DNA of 64,000 nt, taken from an uncultured Chlamydiae bacterium (lineage in GTDB: Bacteria > Chlamydiota > Chlamydiia > Chlamydiales > JAJFMA01). The translations under genes were made by a program, and so were the position numbers. The notes beneath the pieces are model-generated. The model was not told the origin of the DNA and searched no databases. It saw only the letters and a program-made list of their open reading frames with translations. The DNA is taken from contig CAVQMM010000001.1 of NCBI GenBank assembly GCA_963713615.1, positions 1,536,001-1,600,000 of the forward strand, read 5' to 3'. Shown here piece after piece: positions 29,208 to 39,021 of the stretch. The stretch's first letter is position 1, and every line of letters starts with the position of its first letter.

Positions 29208-30902
29208 CTAAAAGGACCGTCCGTCAAGCATCAGAAGGTGTTCCACAATAGGCCCTAAGGACAAAGCAGGAAAAAATGTTAAGGCACCTACAATTAGGAT
29301 AACGCTAATCAGTAGGATGAAAAATAAGAGTGAGTTGGTAGAAAACGTTCCCGATGATGGATTCGTAAATTTCTTCTTGGCTAACAGACCAGCAACCGCC
29401 AAGCTTGGTAAAATGATGGAAATTCTCGCAAATAGCATCACAGTACCTAACGCCAAATTATAAAAATTTGTATTAGCATTTAATCCGGCAAAGGCACTTC
29501 CATTATTTCCTGCACAGGAGGTAAAGGCATATAATATTTCCGATAGGCCGTGAGGTCCTTGATTTGCTAAACTTGATAAAGCATCTGGTAAAACGCTAGA
29601 AATTCCAGCACCGATGAGTATCAAGGAACCTGGCATTAAAACAGCCATCACTACCCATTGCATTTCTCGCCTTTCAATTTTTTTGCCTAGATACTCTGGA
29701 GTCCTTCCAACCATCAAACCAGACAAAAAAACTGTCAAAAGGGCCAGCATGATCATGCTACATAGGCCTACACCCACACCCCCAAAGATAAGCTCTCCTA
29801 GCATCATGTTAAACATACACACGCCACCTGCTAGGGGCGACAGACTAGATATCATGGCGTTAACCGAACCATTAGCCGTCGCAGTCGTTGTAACAGACCA
29901 CAAAAGAGTATTGGCCGTGCCGAGCCGTGTTTCTTGCCCTTCTAACACCGGATAGACGCCAATCACCGGATTATGCAAATGTTCCGAGCTGAAAGAGATC
30001 AGCACCCCAACAATCCAAAGAGACATCATAGCAAAAAAGAGCAGCCAACCCTGTTTTTTGGAGCCTATCATAATCCCATAGGCATAGACGGAAGCTGCGG
30101 GAATCAGAATGATTGCGAGCACTTCAAGAAAATTTGAAAAGGCAGTTGGATTCTCAAACGGATGTGCACTGTTAGCACTGAAAAAGCCCCCACCATTAGT
30201 GCCCAGTTGTTTAATGGCGATTTGAGAAGCAACGGGCCCAAGAGGGATTGTCTGCTTAGCATTTTCTAAAGTCGTCACCTCCACGTAGGATGAAAACGTC
30301 TGAATCACACCCTCTCCCGCTAGAACAATAGCCAATAGGATTGAAAGAGGCAGCAAAAGGTAAACGACCATACGTACAAGATCGACCCAAAAGTTTCCTA
30401 CCGTATCGGACGTTTTTCTGATAAAGCCTCTGGTCAAAGTAAGTAAGGCCGCCATCCCTGTGGCTGCGCTTAAAAAGTTATGAGATGTCAACCCTAGCAT
30501 TTGCGTCAGATAGCTTAAGGTAGACTCCCCCGCATAGGCTTGCCAATTCGTATTCGTGGTAAAACTTATGGCCGTATTATAAGCAAGAAGCCAAGGTACA
30601 GCGCCAAAACCCTGAGGATTTAGTGGAAGATATCCTTGAATAAGCTGAAGAATAAATAGGGCGGCAAATCCAAGAACATTAAAAAGCAGGAGCGCTTTGC
30701 CATATGCGATCCAGGACATTTCTTCTTTAGGATCCGTGCCCCCAATACGATAACAGAGATTTTCCAGCCAACCTAAGGCCCGATGAGCAAATGGTGAATT
30801 TCCGGTAAAAACATTTGCCATGTAAGTGCCAAGAATGGGTGTAAGACAAATGAATGTACCGATAAAGAAGAGCAGCTGCCCCCAATCAGATGACATATTC
30901 AC
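29208..30902 (-). CDS. kdpA: K+-transporting ATPase subunit A
   Basis: Motifs TNTNWQ, GTNGGG, NGS and NNGSAF. Confidence 0.97.
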   Translation of the reverse strand: MNMSSDWGQLLFFIGTFICLTPILGTYMANVFTGNSPFAHRALGWLENLCYRIGGTDPKEEMSWIAYGKALLLFNVLGFAALFILQLIQGYLPLNPQGFGAVPWLLAYNTAISFTTNTNWQAYAGESTLSYLTQMLGLTSHNFLSAATGMAALLTLTRGFIRKTSDTVGNFWVDLVRMVVYLLLPLSILLAIVLAGEGVIQTFSSYVEVTTLENAKQTIPLGPVASQIAIKQLGTNGGGFFSANSAHPFENPTAFSNFLEVLAIILIPAASVYAYGIMIGSKKQGWLLFFAMMSLWIVGVLISFSSEHLHNPVIGVYPVLEGQETRLGTANTLLWSVTTTATANGSVNAMISSLSPLAGGVCMFNMMLGELIFGGVGVGLCSMIMLALLTVFLSGLMVGRTPEYLGKKIERREMQWVVMAVLMPGSLILIGAGISSVLPDALSSLANQGPHGLSEILYAFTSCAGNNGSAFAGLNANTNFYNLALGTVMLFARISIILPSLAVAGLLAKKKFTNPSSGTFSTNSLLFFILLISVILIVGALTFFPALSLGPIVEHLLMLDGRSF

Positions 30903-30911
30903 TCCATTAAA

Positions 30912-31001
30912 TTAAAATCTCTCAGGAAAAAGCAAAGTATAGACGAGGTAAACCAACACCCCAATCATCAAAATTCCCGCTAAAATAAATTGCGTCGTCA
31001 T
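30912..31001 (-). CDS. kdpF: K+-transporting ATPase subunit F (29 aa, missed by the ORF track)
   Basis: MTTQFILAGILMIGVLVYLVYTLLFPERF*, with the C-terminal PERF signature, directly upstream of kdpA. Confidence 0.9.
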   Translation of the reverse strand: MTTQFILAGILMIGVLVYLVYTLLFPERF

Positions 31002-31136
31002 GTATCACCGCATATATACCCTGAGAAATTTGACAGTAGATTAAACCAAAGAAATCACTCAACCGAAAAGACTGGCTTACCCCCAGCCAGAATTCCGTTA
31101 TCTCGAACCCTCGGCCACTCTAGCAGGACAAAATCC

Positions 31137-31224
31137 AATGGACTTTTGGTCGGAAAATGCTTATGCTGTCGCCGATAACGGTTAGATAGCATGGGGTCTC
31201 AATCCACCCACGTTAGGGTCCGTT
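31137..31224 (+). promoter_or_regulatory. Candidate structured leader RNA (riboswitch-like) upstream of the DUF6580 transporter
   Basis: Closing helix AATGGACTTT/AGGGTCCGTT, inner helix ATGCTGTC-GCCG-ATAA-CGGT-TA-GATAGCAT and hairpin GGGT...ACCC. G-U pairs favour the + strand. Confidence 0.35.
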
Positions 31225-31271
31225 AAGTAAATTCCAAATTCTTGCCCCACTTTTTAAGGTAGAGTATTCAC

Positions 31272-31805
31272 ATGAACGGGTCGCGTCTTTTAGCAATTCT
31301 GGGGCTGATCGTTTTTGGAATAGTGAGCCGACTACTCCCTCATCCGCCAAACTTTACATCACTCACCGCCATTGCTCTTTGTAGTACGTTCTACTTGGGA
31401 AACCGACGGCTTTCGTTCATCACGGTGCTTTCAACGGTTTTTTTGAGTGATCTTGTTATTGGATTTCACACGACAATGCCATTTGTCTATCTCAGCTTTA
31501 GCTTGATCATCTTGATGGGACATGCGTTAAAAGACAGGATCTCTTTGCGTCACACGCCCGTAGTTTGCCTGGCAACCTCTCTGCTATTCTTTTTAGTGAA
31601 CAATTTGGGTGTGTGGTTGACAGGAGTTTTATATCCCAAAACTCTACACGGTTTGGGACTATGCTATCTGGCTGCTATCCCATTCCTCACGCATCAAGTC
31701 TTGGCCGATCTCACCTATGGCATCGTATTATTCGGCTGCTTATCCCTCACTCGGTCACAAATGTGGATTTGGGGCCACGCTAGTAATAAGGCACGACACC
31801 TTTAG
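31272..31805 (+). CDS. DUF6580-family putative transport (ECF S-component-like) membrane protein
   Basis: Motifs SRLLPHPPNFT, SDLVIGFH, LFFLVNN.GVW and CYLAAIPF. Confidence 0.8.
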   Translation: MNGSRLLAILGLIVFGIVSRLLPHPPNFTSLTAIALCSTFYLGNRRLSFITVLSTVFLSDLVIGFHTTMPFVYLSFSLIILMGHALKDRISLRHTPVVCLATSLLFFLVNNLGVWLTGVLYPKTLHGLGLCYLAAIPFLTHQVLADLTYGIVLFGCLSLTRSQMWIWGHASNKARHL

Positions 31806-32096
31806 GGATAGAAGCTCACCCATATTTAACGGATATGCAGGATCGCTTCGCGGCATGATTTGCAGGATCACTCCCACCTTCTAAATGCAAGCAGGCCTGA
31901 CAATGTGCTTAAAGTGAAATGGGTAAAATGGAGAGGACTTGACGCAAACCCAGCCCTCTAGATTATTAATTTTATAAATAGAGTTAACCCTATGATTTTG
32001 AAGATGATGAGAGTGATCCTGCAAATCATGCCGCGAAGCGATCCTGCATATCTTGTTAAATATGGGTGAGCTTCTATCCCTAAAGGTATCGTGCCT
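31789..32096. repeat. Long inverted-repeat element (about 85-bp arms)
   Basis: 31789-31873 and 32011-32096 are near-perfect reverse complements. Confidence 0.85.
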
Positions 32097-32279
32097 ACTC
32101 GCCCTATTATATTACAGGCTGTTCAGAGTTAAGAGGGCTGAAGTTTGAGCGAACAGCTTTCTTCCAAGATGTCAGCTAAAGAATCGCATTGCCCTTCAAA
32201 ATCGCCTTTCAAATTCGTTAGAGGAGAATTCAGGGGTGGTAATCTCTTTTTTTCTCTAAGATAATTGATGAGCGTTCTG

Positions 32280-32410
32280 AGAAATCTGAGCTCCAATTCA
32301 AAGAGGATATCAGGAACTGCGATCTCATAAGGGAGTCGAAAAATAACTGAGGTCAAATTGCCATCTTCGATATCGATAAGAATGTTAGCATCGCTAATGA
32401 CTAAAAGCAT
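32280..32410 (-). pseudogene. Truncated PIN-domain protein (toxin-like)
   Basis: MLLVISDANILIDIE...IAVPDILFELEL is a PIN N-terminus that then runs into unrelated sequence. It overlaps the upstream gene. Confidence 0.65.
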
Positions 32411-33461
32411 GTGACTTTTGCACCTGACGAAGAGCTTTTAATTGAGTAAGAGAACAGGACAACAGTTCTGCGGCTTTTGGTTCCCCAATATATTCTTCAC
32501 CGAGGGCATGAAACAGCATTTGGTTAAAGGCACGATCTTTTTCTGAAGGAATTTCTATCCCCGGCTCTTTGCGATGCCATCCCTTCTGTCGAAAACGAAT
32601 GATGAGGCTTTTGTAGTAGGATTCTTGAATGATTGCCAAATCTTTAAGACGATAGCAAATCGCTCCCATGCTCAATTGAAACTGTTCTTTGAGAAGAAGA
32701 AGTTCCTGCCATTCAATAGCTCGACGCTCTTTTCCCACCACTTGAAACACAGCTTCACGCGGAAATAGAAAAGCACCTGCAAATCGATTGCAAGCCTGCT
32801 CTTCATCTAATTTGGAAGAAAGACGATTAATAAAAATATAGTGAGCGAGTTCGTGAGCTAGATTGAAACGTTGTCGATCGCCAGGCCATCTGGAGCTAAT
32901 CACTATAATTGGTTGATCATTGATGACAGTAGAAAGACCGTCAAAATGCTCTTCATCAGTGTTAATAATAAACACTCTTATGCCATGACTTTCTAAAGCA
33001 TCAATAAGATCGTGAATAGGAGCTAAACCCAGTTTCCAATGATTACGGAGCATTTCAGCAATTGACTCTATCTCTTCAAGACTATTAACTATCTGAGGAA
33101 AATCAGCTGGAAGTTTAAATGTCGGTAAAGGAGAAACCGGATAAAGATTCTCTAATTCTAAACGACGCTCGATTTGACTGATTACTTCAAATTTAATTGC
33201 TTCTTCAACTTTTCCATTCATTTTTTTTCGTTTTCGAAACTTTACACTTTCAAGGGAGACTTTGATTGGACGAAAAAAGAAATCAACACAAACTTTCAAT
33301 GCTCTCGCTAATTTTATGAGCATGTCCGAAGAGGGGTAAACATCTCCATCTTCATATTTTTTAATAGCGGCATGCCTCAAATGCACGAGATCAGCAAGTG
33401 CGCGTAAGCTTAAACCAGCAGCTTTTCTCGCTTGTTGGAGTCGAATGCCTAGGTTACTCAT
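32394..33461 (-). CDS. XRE-family HTH plus ImmA/IrrE (M78) metallopeptidase
   Basis: N-terminal HTH (RLQQARKAAGLSLRALA), RQRFNLAHELAH and E..CNRFAGAFL. Confidence 0.9.
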   Translation of the reverse strand: MSNLGIRLQQARKAAGLSLRALADLVHLRHAAIKKYEDGDVYPSSDMLIKLARALKVCVDFFFRPIKVSLESVKFRKRKKMNGKVEEAIKFEVISQIERRLELENLYPVSPLPTFKLPADFPQIVNSLEEIESIAEMLRNHWKLGLAPIHDLIDALESHGIRVFIINTDEEHFDGLSTVINDQPIIVISSRWPGDRQRFNLAHELAHYIFINRLSSKLDEEQACNRFAGAFLFPREAVFQVVGKERRAIEWQELLLLKEQFQLSMGAICYRLKDLAIIQESYYKSLIIRFRQKGWHRKEPGIEIPSEKDRAFNQMLFHALGEEYIGEPKAAELLSCSLTQLKALRQVQKSHAFSH

Positions 33462-33589
33462 ATAGGTGCCTAAATTTATAGATTTCCTTTACAGTTTACA
33501 TTACAACAAAAAATACATATTTTGTAAACCAGACACCTTTGCAACCCTTCAAACAGGAGAATTTCCCTATGAACGTCTTTGAGAGATTG

Positions 33590-34134
33590 ACTGTCCGATC
33601 TTTTCCTGGAACCCCTTCCCCTGTTGCCAGCAGACGTTCCGTTTCAAGACGAGAATAGGTGTTTCCCTCCAAACGACTGGAATTCCAAGATAGATCAATC
33701 AAAAGTCGCTGATAAATGTTTCTGGCAGATGTTCCTGCGGGACGCCCCCTTTCTGATCCAGATCCTAACTTTAATAATTTTTCAAGAATCGCCTGCGATA
33801 AGTAGAATGTGTCAAATGATCATGCAGAATGACCCACTTGGCGGTCACCAAGTGGGTCATTCTGCATGATCATTTGACAGAATGTTCTATTTGGCTCATA
33901 CGAATCTAAAATTCCCTTCGATAGCTTACGTGTCGTCGCAATTGAATTGGAGTAGATATGAGTCTACGCAATTCCTCTCCCTCTTCTGAGAGCGGAATTC
34001 TAAAGGTAGCTTGTGGTACCTCAACACTTTCTAATGCTGGCTGTTCTAAATTTTTGTTGAGATAATATTTACTATTTCTACCTGCACCATCAAGTCTTAA
34101 TACCCCTGATTTAACAAGAATGGATAGCCTATAC
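33590..34134 (-). pseudogene. Fic-family protein, fragmented
   Basis: After removing the 70-bp palindrome and one frameshift it reads YRLSILVKSG...FLDSYEPNRTFYL...PAGTSARNIYQRLLIDLSWNSSRLEGNTYS. The Fic catalytic motif region is absent. Confidence 0.75.
33810..33879. mobile_element. 70-bp perfect-palindrome mini element (IS21-like ends), copy 1
   Basis: TGTCAAATGATCATGCAGAATGACCCACTTGG-CGGTCA-reverse complement, 5-bp TSD GAATG. Confidence 0.8.
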
Positions 34135-35497
34135 CAGGGAAATTGCATGAAGAAATGATTTGACTATTTTTCAAATTGTTGCGACTACTTCTCCTTTTCA
34201 TCAGGGAGATGTATAATGTCACAACAACATGCAGTCAGAGAAACTTCTATCATGCTCGCGTTTTCAATCCTACCAGATCCTCGTAAGGCAAGAAACCAGG
34301 CCTACAGTGTCTCCGAGATCGTATCGATCGCCATCCTCGCTATACTTTGCGGGGCTGATGATTGGGTAGAGGTTAGCTTATGGTCTGAGTCTAATCTTGA
34401 ATGGTTACACGAGCTTCAAATGTGTTCTGATGGTGTCCCTTCGCATGACACTTTCTCGCGCTTTTTCCGCTTTGTCAACCCACAGGCGTTTGAGCGGTGT
34501 TTTATTAACTGGACTCAGCATATTGCCAAAACGATAGGTGGCATCATCGCTTTGGACGGCAAAACCTTATGCAACTCTTCCGATACGACAAATGATGTAA
34601 GAGCCATTCATATCGTGAGTGCATTTTCAGCGGAAAATCAACTTGTTCTAGGGCAGCTTGCAACAGAGCTAAAATCCAATGAAATCACTGCTTTTCCCTT
34701 GCTTCTTGCCATGCTCGATATTAGGGGTGCTACAATTACAGTGGATGCCGGAGGATGTCATAGGCCACTTGTTAAGCAGATCGTGGAGCAAGGAGGAGAC
34801 TACGTGATAGGTCTAAAAGGGAATCAAGGACATCTACATGCTGAGGCTCAAAACTTTTTTGAGCAAGTGGTTGAAGGTCTACCGGAAGCCAGTGGTTGTG
34901 ACTTTTTTGTGAGCGAAGAAAAGTCGCGAGGACGAGTTGAGAAACGAGAAGTTTGGGTATGTGAAGATCTTGAGTGGCTACCACAAAAAACAGAATGGAC
35001 AGGTTTAAGGAGTCTTGCCGCAGTTAGGAGTACAAGAACAATTAAGGGTGTAACTTCAACAGAAACACGGTTTTACATATCCAGCCTCTCGTCCGATGCG
35101 AGGAAAATGGCCCATGCGATACGCTCTCATTGGACAATTGAGAACCAGTTGCACTGGCAGCTAGATGTATCCTATGCAGAGGATGGATGCAAAGTAAGAA
35201 AAGATTGTACGGCGACAGCGATGATGGCACCTCGGCGACACGCAGTTGGCACCTTCCATCACCGCCCGGCGTCAGCGAGTTGGCACCTTCCATCACCGAC
35301 TGACGACAACCTCCTGGCACCTCCTCCATCACCGACCCGCGACACGCGGTTGGCACCTCCCATCACCGCCCGACGACAGTCGGTTGGCACCTAAAAACAG
35401 GCCAGAATCACCCGGGCCCAGATCCTTCTCGTCTGAAGTCCTTCCAGCCCGGTCCATACCCGCAGGGCGAGTATGGACCATCTGTTCTAACTTCTTC

Positions 35498-35830
35498 TCA
35501 GATCACTGGATCGTCTCCGATAGTCTTTCTAGTGCTACCCTCCAGAGCCTCCAAGTCTTCCTCCAATTTTGCATGAAAGGCATAGATCTGTTCCAGATAT
35601 TCTGCAACAAGTTCTCTAAAACGTCTACGTAGATCTTCCTCCAAGCCAGCTACTAGGGCCAATAGCTGAAAAATCCCTTCTCGCACCTCTAAAGATGGGG
35701 CCACATAAGTCCTGTCTCCACTTAGGGCGTTTTCTATTGAGCTATCGGCTCTACGCTCAAGCTCAGCCACCGCATTTCGTAAATCCTCAACCAAAGCCCT
35801 ACTGAGAAGTATTTCTGAATGATGTTTCAT
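35498..35830 (-). CDS. Hypothetical helical passenger protein within IS21
   Basis: ATG at 35830 with RBS GAGGT immediately after istB; 110 aa, acidic and helical. Confidence 0.6.
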   Translation of the reverse strand: MKHHSEILLSRALVEDLRNAVAELERRADSSIENALSGDRTYVAPSLEVREGIFQLLALVAGLEEDLRRRFRELVAEYLEQIYAFHAKLEEDLEALEGSTRKTIGDDPVI

Positions 35831-35832
35831 GT

Positions 35833-36657
35833 TTACCTCGAATCTTGTATTTCTTGATTCATGCAAGTACTCAATGTTTTCGCCCGATCCTGGTCGGTCA
35901 CACTGGCTCTTGCTTTAGCTGACAAGCTGTTCCTGCGATAACTTTCGCCGTTGATCTGGATAATTTGAGCGTCATGTACCAGCCTGTCTATTGCGGCCAC
36001 CGCCATAGCTTTATCTTGAAATATGTTGGTCCATTCACTGAATGGCTGATTACATGTTATGATCAGGCTCTTTCGCTCATATCGCTCTGAGATCAGCTCA
36101 AAGAGAACATTTGTTTCCATGAGATCCTTGTTGGCATAGCCAAAATCGTCTAAAATCAAACAATCATATTTATCCAGCTTTGCTAGCGTTGTCGGTAGCG
36201 TCAGGGCCTGTTTTGAGGCTTGAAGCCTTTGAATGAGCTCGGTGGTACGCATGAACAAAACACGGAACTTGTGCTCTAAGAGTCCCGCTCCAATTGCAGC
36301 TGCCAGATGTGTTTTACCAACTCCTGAGGGGCCAAAAATCAGAATGTTTCTGCCCTCGCGTAGCCAGTTCCCACCTGAGGCTAATGTACAAATCAACGTC
36401 TTATTGAGCGATGTCACTTTGAAGTCGAAGTCTGTAAGTGTTTTACCTAGGGGCAGGCAGGATTCCTTCAGGTGCCTGATCATACGACGATCCGTTCTTC
36501 CTGTTAATTCGTGTTCACACAAGACTTTCAGGCATTTGGCGCTTCCCCACCCTTCAAGGTCCGCTTGATGACTCATTTCTTCCCACAAAGCGGCCATTGT
36601 TGGCAGGCGAAGCTGCTTGAGTAGTATCGGTAGTACTGCTTCTTCTTTTGTAACCAT
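35833..36657 (-). CDS. istB: IS21 helper ATPase IstB
   Basis: Motifs GPSGVGKT, LILDDFGY and DRLVH. Confidence 0.95.
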   Translation of the reverse strand: MVTKEEAVLPILLKQLRLPTMAALWEEMSHQADLEGWGSAKCLKVLCEHELTGRTDRRMIRHLKESCLPLGKTLTDFDFKVTSLNKTLICTLASGGNWLREGRNILIFGPSGVGKTHLAAAIGAGLLEHKFRVLFMRTTELIQRLQASKQALTLPTTLAKLDKYDCLILDDFGYANKDLMETNVLFELISERYERKSLIITCNQPFSEWTNIFQDKAMAVAAIDRLVHDAQIIQINGESYRRNSLSAKARASVTDQDRAKTLSTCMNQEIQDSR

Positions 36658-36673
36658 GAATCTTCTCCTAAAT

Positions 36674-38170
36674 TTATAATGTGGCGTGCTTTAACAGCTC
36701 GTCGTATGAGCCAAGATCGTGTTGTTCAATCTCTACCAGAGGGACAACGTGCTTCGCTTCCTTAAAGTGTTGCTGTAGCTCTTCAAAGCTTGGTATGCGT
36801 TGCTCGTTTAGTGCCTTTCGAAGCTCGGCTGCAATTTGTTGCTGGTGACCGTCTGCAGCCAGCTTTAAGATCCTCACCATTTCCTTACATGCCATACGCT
36901 CATCAAGCCGCGCATCCAGTAACACCCAAGCCTGGCGAAATTCATCGCTGGGAAATAAATCATCTCTAAAGATGTAGTGTCGAAACGCTTGAGGCTTGCG
37001 GACAAGCTCAGGAATGACATGGCGATAGTCGATGTTTCTTGGGCGAGGACCCGTCTTGCTCCAACGTAATCGCGGAAAAGTAATGATATGAGAGGCTGCA
37101 TGAAAACACTCTAATCGGTCGTCATGAACGTGTACCGTTAACGTATGACCTATCAAGCGCGAAGGCACTGCATAATATGCCTGTCGTACGGTTATGATGC
37201 CCGTGGTAGGAACACCGACGTTTTCTATATCGTGACTGCCTACCTTATGTTTTGGGAGAGGCTTTAGGTGCTTTCGTTCTTCAGCTACTTCAGCCTGACG
37301 TCGCGAATTGTCACTTTTAACAATTTCATCGACAAAGTTTCGATACTCTTGCAGTGAGGAAAAGTCTCTAGAACCCCTCAGGCGCAGCTTTTGATCGATT
37401 TTATTTTTAAGATGTCTGTGCGAACTTTCAATACTGCCATTTTCATGCTTTACTCCTTTATTGTTTCGCGTGGGCTTTACATCATAGTGTGCGCACATTT
37501 CATTGTACGCGTTTGTAAGGTCCTCTCTTGCTGATTCATTTAGATTTTTATATGCCGCTGAAAGACTATCGGTACGATGGGTTTCAGGTACCCCACCTAG
37601 CTCCCATAACGCATTTTGAAAACCTGCAGAGAGAGCTACATGGGACTCTCCTCCCAGAATGACAAAGGCATATGCCCAGCCGCTGAATGGAACCCTGAAA
37701 TGATACAGCAAATGAGGAAGCGAAGTACCCTCTATTGTTACATGCAGTTCATCGCAGTTGGTAAAGTCAGAAATGCCCTGAAAACCGGGAGGGTGGTTTT
37801 GCCGAAAGATCCGTTCCTTCTCCCTTCCATGGAGTGCTTTCCATTGCCGAACCCTTCTTTGTAGGGTTCTAAGTAGGCTGTCGGGATATTCCTGTGGATA
37901 GCGTTCCTGGAGATCCCGCATTAAGGTAATGGGCGTTAGGAACGGATCTCTTTCCAACAGGGGAACGAACTCGGTCCTCCAGACTTTCGCGAAGGGGTCT
38001 GATGAAGATCCAGATTTGGAGCGATACTCCTTGATATGAGTGCCTTTCTCGAAGCGCTTAGCGCTTCGCGTACTAATACCCGCTTTGGCAGCGGCAGTGG
38101 CCTGCATGCTGCCACCGTTTCTAATTTGCATATACAACCTCAATTGTTCTTTCGTAATTCTATTTGACAT
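36674..38170 (-). CDS. istA: IS21 transposase IstA
   Basis: Motifs LRTLQRR, SDFT, HRTDSLSA and HENGSIE. Confidence 0.95.
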   Translation of the reverse strand: MSNRITKEQLRLYMQIRNGGSMQATAAAKAGISTRSAKRFEKGTHIKEYRSKSGSSSDPFAKVWRTEFVPLLERDPFLTPITLMRDLQERYPQEYPDSLLRTLQRRVRQWKALHGREKERIFRQNHPPGFQGISDFTNCDELHVTIEGTSLPHLLYHFRVPFSGWAYAFVILGGESHVALSAGFQNALWELGGVPETHRTDSLSAAYKNLNESAREDLTNAYNEMCAHYDVKPTRNNKGVKHENGSIESSHRHLKNKIDQKLRLRGSRDFSSLQEYRNFVDEIVKSDNSRRQAEVAEERKHLKPLPKHKVGSHDIENVGVPTTGIITVRQAYYAVPSRLIGHTLTVHVHDDRLECFHAASHIITFPRLRWSKTGPRPRNIDYRHVIPELVRKPQAFRHYIFRDDLFPSDEFRQAWVLLDARLDERMACKEMVRILKLAADGHQQQIAAELRKALNEQRIPSFEELQQHFKEAKHVVPLVEIEQHDLGSYDELLKHATL

Positions 38171-39021
38171 CCTAACTCTCGCTTAAGTTTGGGGACGTCA
38201 GCATTCTAAATGCTCTCTTGCAAGCTCCCAAGAAAGGACTGAAAGATTTGAGGGATTGGGCCGTTGATTCTGGCCTGTTTTTAGGTGCCAACCGACTGTC
38301 GTCGGGCGGTGATGGGAGGTGCCAACCGCGTGTCGCGGGTCGGTGATGGAGGAGGTGCCAGGAGGTTGTCGTCAGTCGGTGATGGAAGGTGCCAACTCGC
38401 TGACGCCGGGCGGTGATGGAAGGTGCCAACTGCGTGTCGCCGAGGTGCCATCATCACTGTCGCCGTACAAAAAGATAATGGGGCGGAAAATTTTTCCGTG
38501 CTTCGACGGGCCACGCTAAATATTTTAAAGGCAGATAAAAAGACAAAGGCAGGGATTAAAAATCGCCGTTCGAAAGCAGGGTGGAACCGTGGCTACTTAT
38601 TGGGGTTGCTTGGCGTAAACTAAATTCTTCATGCAATTTCCCTGAGTAGGATATCGATTAATAATTGAGTTCGATCTTTCATTTTCCAATAAACTTAAAC
38701 AAATAATGGATATAGTGAGTAAATATGACGATCATTATTGCTTCGATCGCAGATTCTATAATTATATCGGCACTGATTTTTTGTCCAAAAAACATGCTCT
38801 TATGGGCCCTCCCTTCAGGAAGAAAATGGCTTCAGGAGTGAGTACTATCTGCTCTGGGGAAACAAAATGCCGTTTTAATTATGGTGGATTGCGCGCAAAA
38901 AAAATATTTAAATCCATCGCGGAAATATAGACAATCACTGATTATTTGCATAACCATTACAATTTCAACGATCTTATATTAATTTTATCAAATGAATTAT
39001 CCATTAGTCCCGCTCTAATCG

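Larger units (their letters stand above)
35206..38469 (-). mobile_element. IS21-family element with 205-bp terminal inverted repeats and a passenger ORF
   Basis: TGT...ACA ends, 7-bp TSD AAAAGAT, istA and istB inside. Confidence 0.95.
34135..38644 (+). mobile_element. ISAs1-family element, interrupted by IS21
   Basis: Perfect 20-bp TIRs CAGGGAAATTGCATGAAGAA. Transposase 34216-35205 continues at 38477-38623 (PSHDTF, IALDGK, KSNEI, HWTIEN.LHW.LDV). No TSD. Confidence 0.93.

Noticed and set aside
16726..29955. Long antisense ORFs (e.g. 16726-17511, 27505-28182, 28246-28629, 29614-29955)
   Set aside because: They are shadows of well-supported genes on the opposite strand, with no motifs.
31002..31271. 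Canonical c-di-AMP or TPP riboswitch for kdp
   Set aside because: I could not find the consensus motifs on either strand; the structures are reported only as unassigned candidates.
35206..35410. Regularly spaced TGGCACC repeats as a CRISPR array
   Set aside because: The units are degenerate with no unique spacers, they are mirrored at the other IS21 end, and no cas genes are present. They are transposon end repeats.
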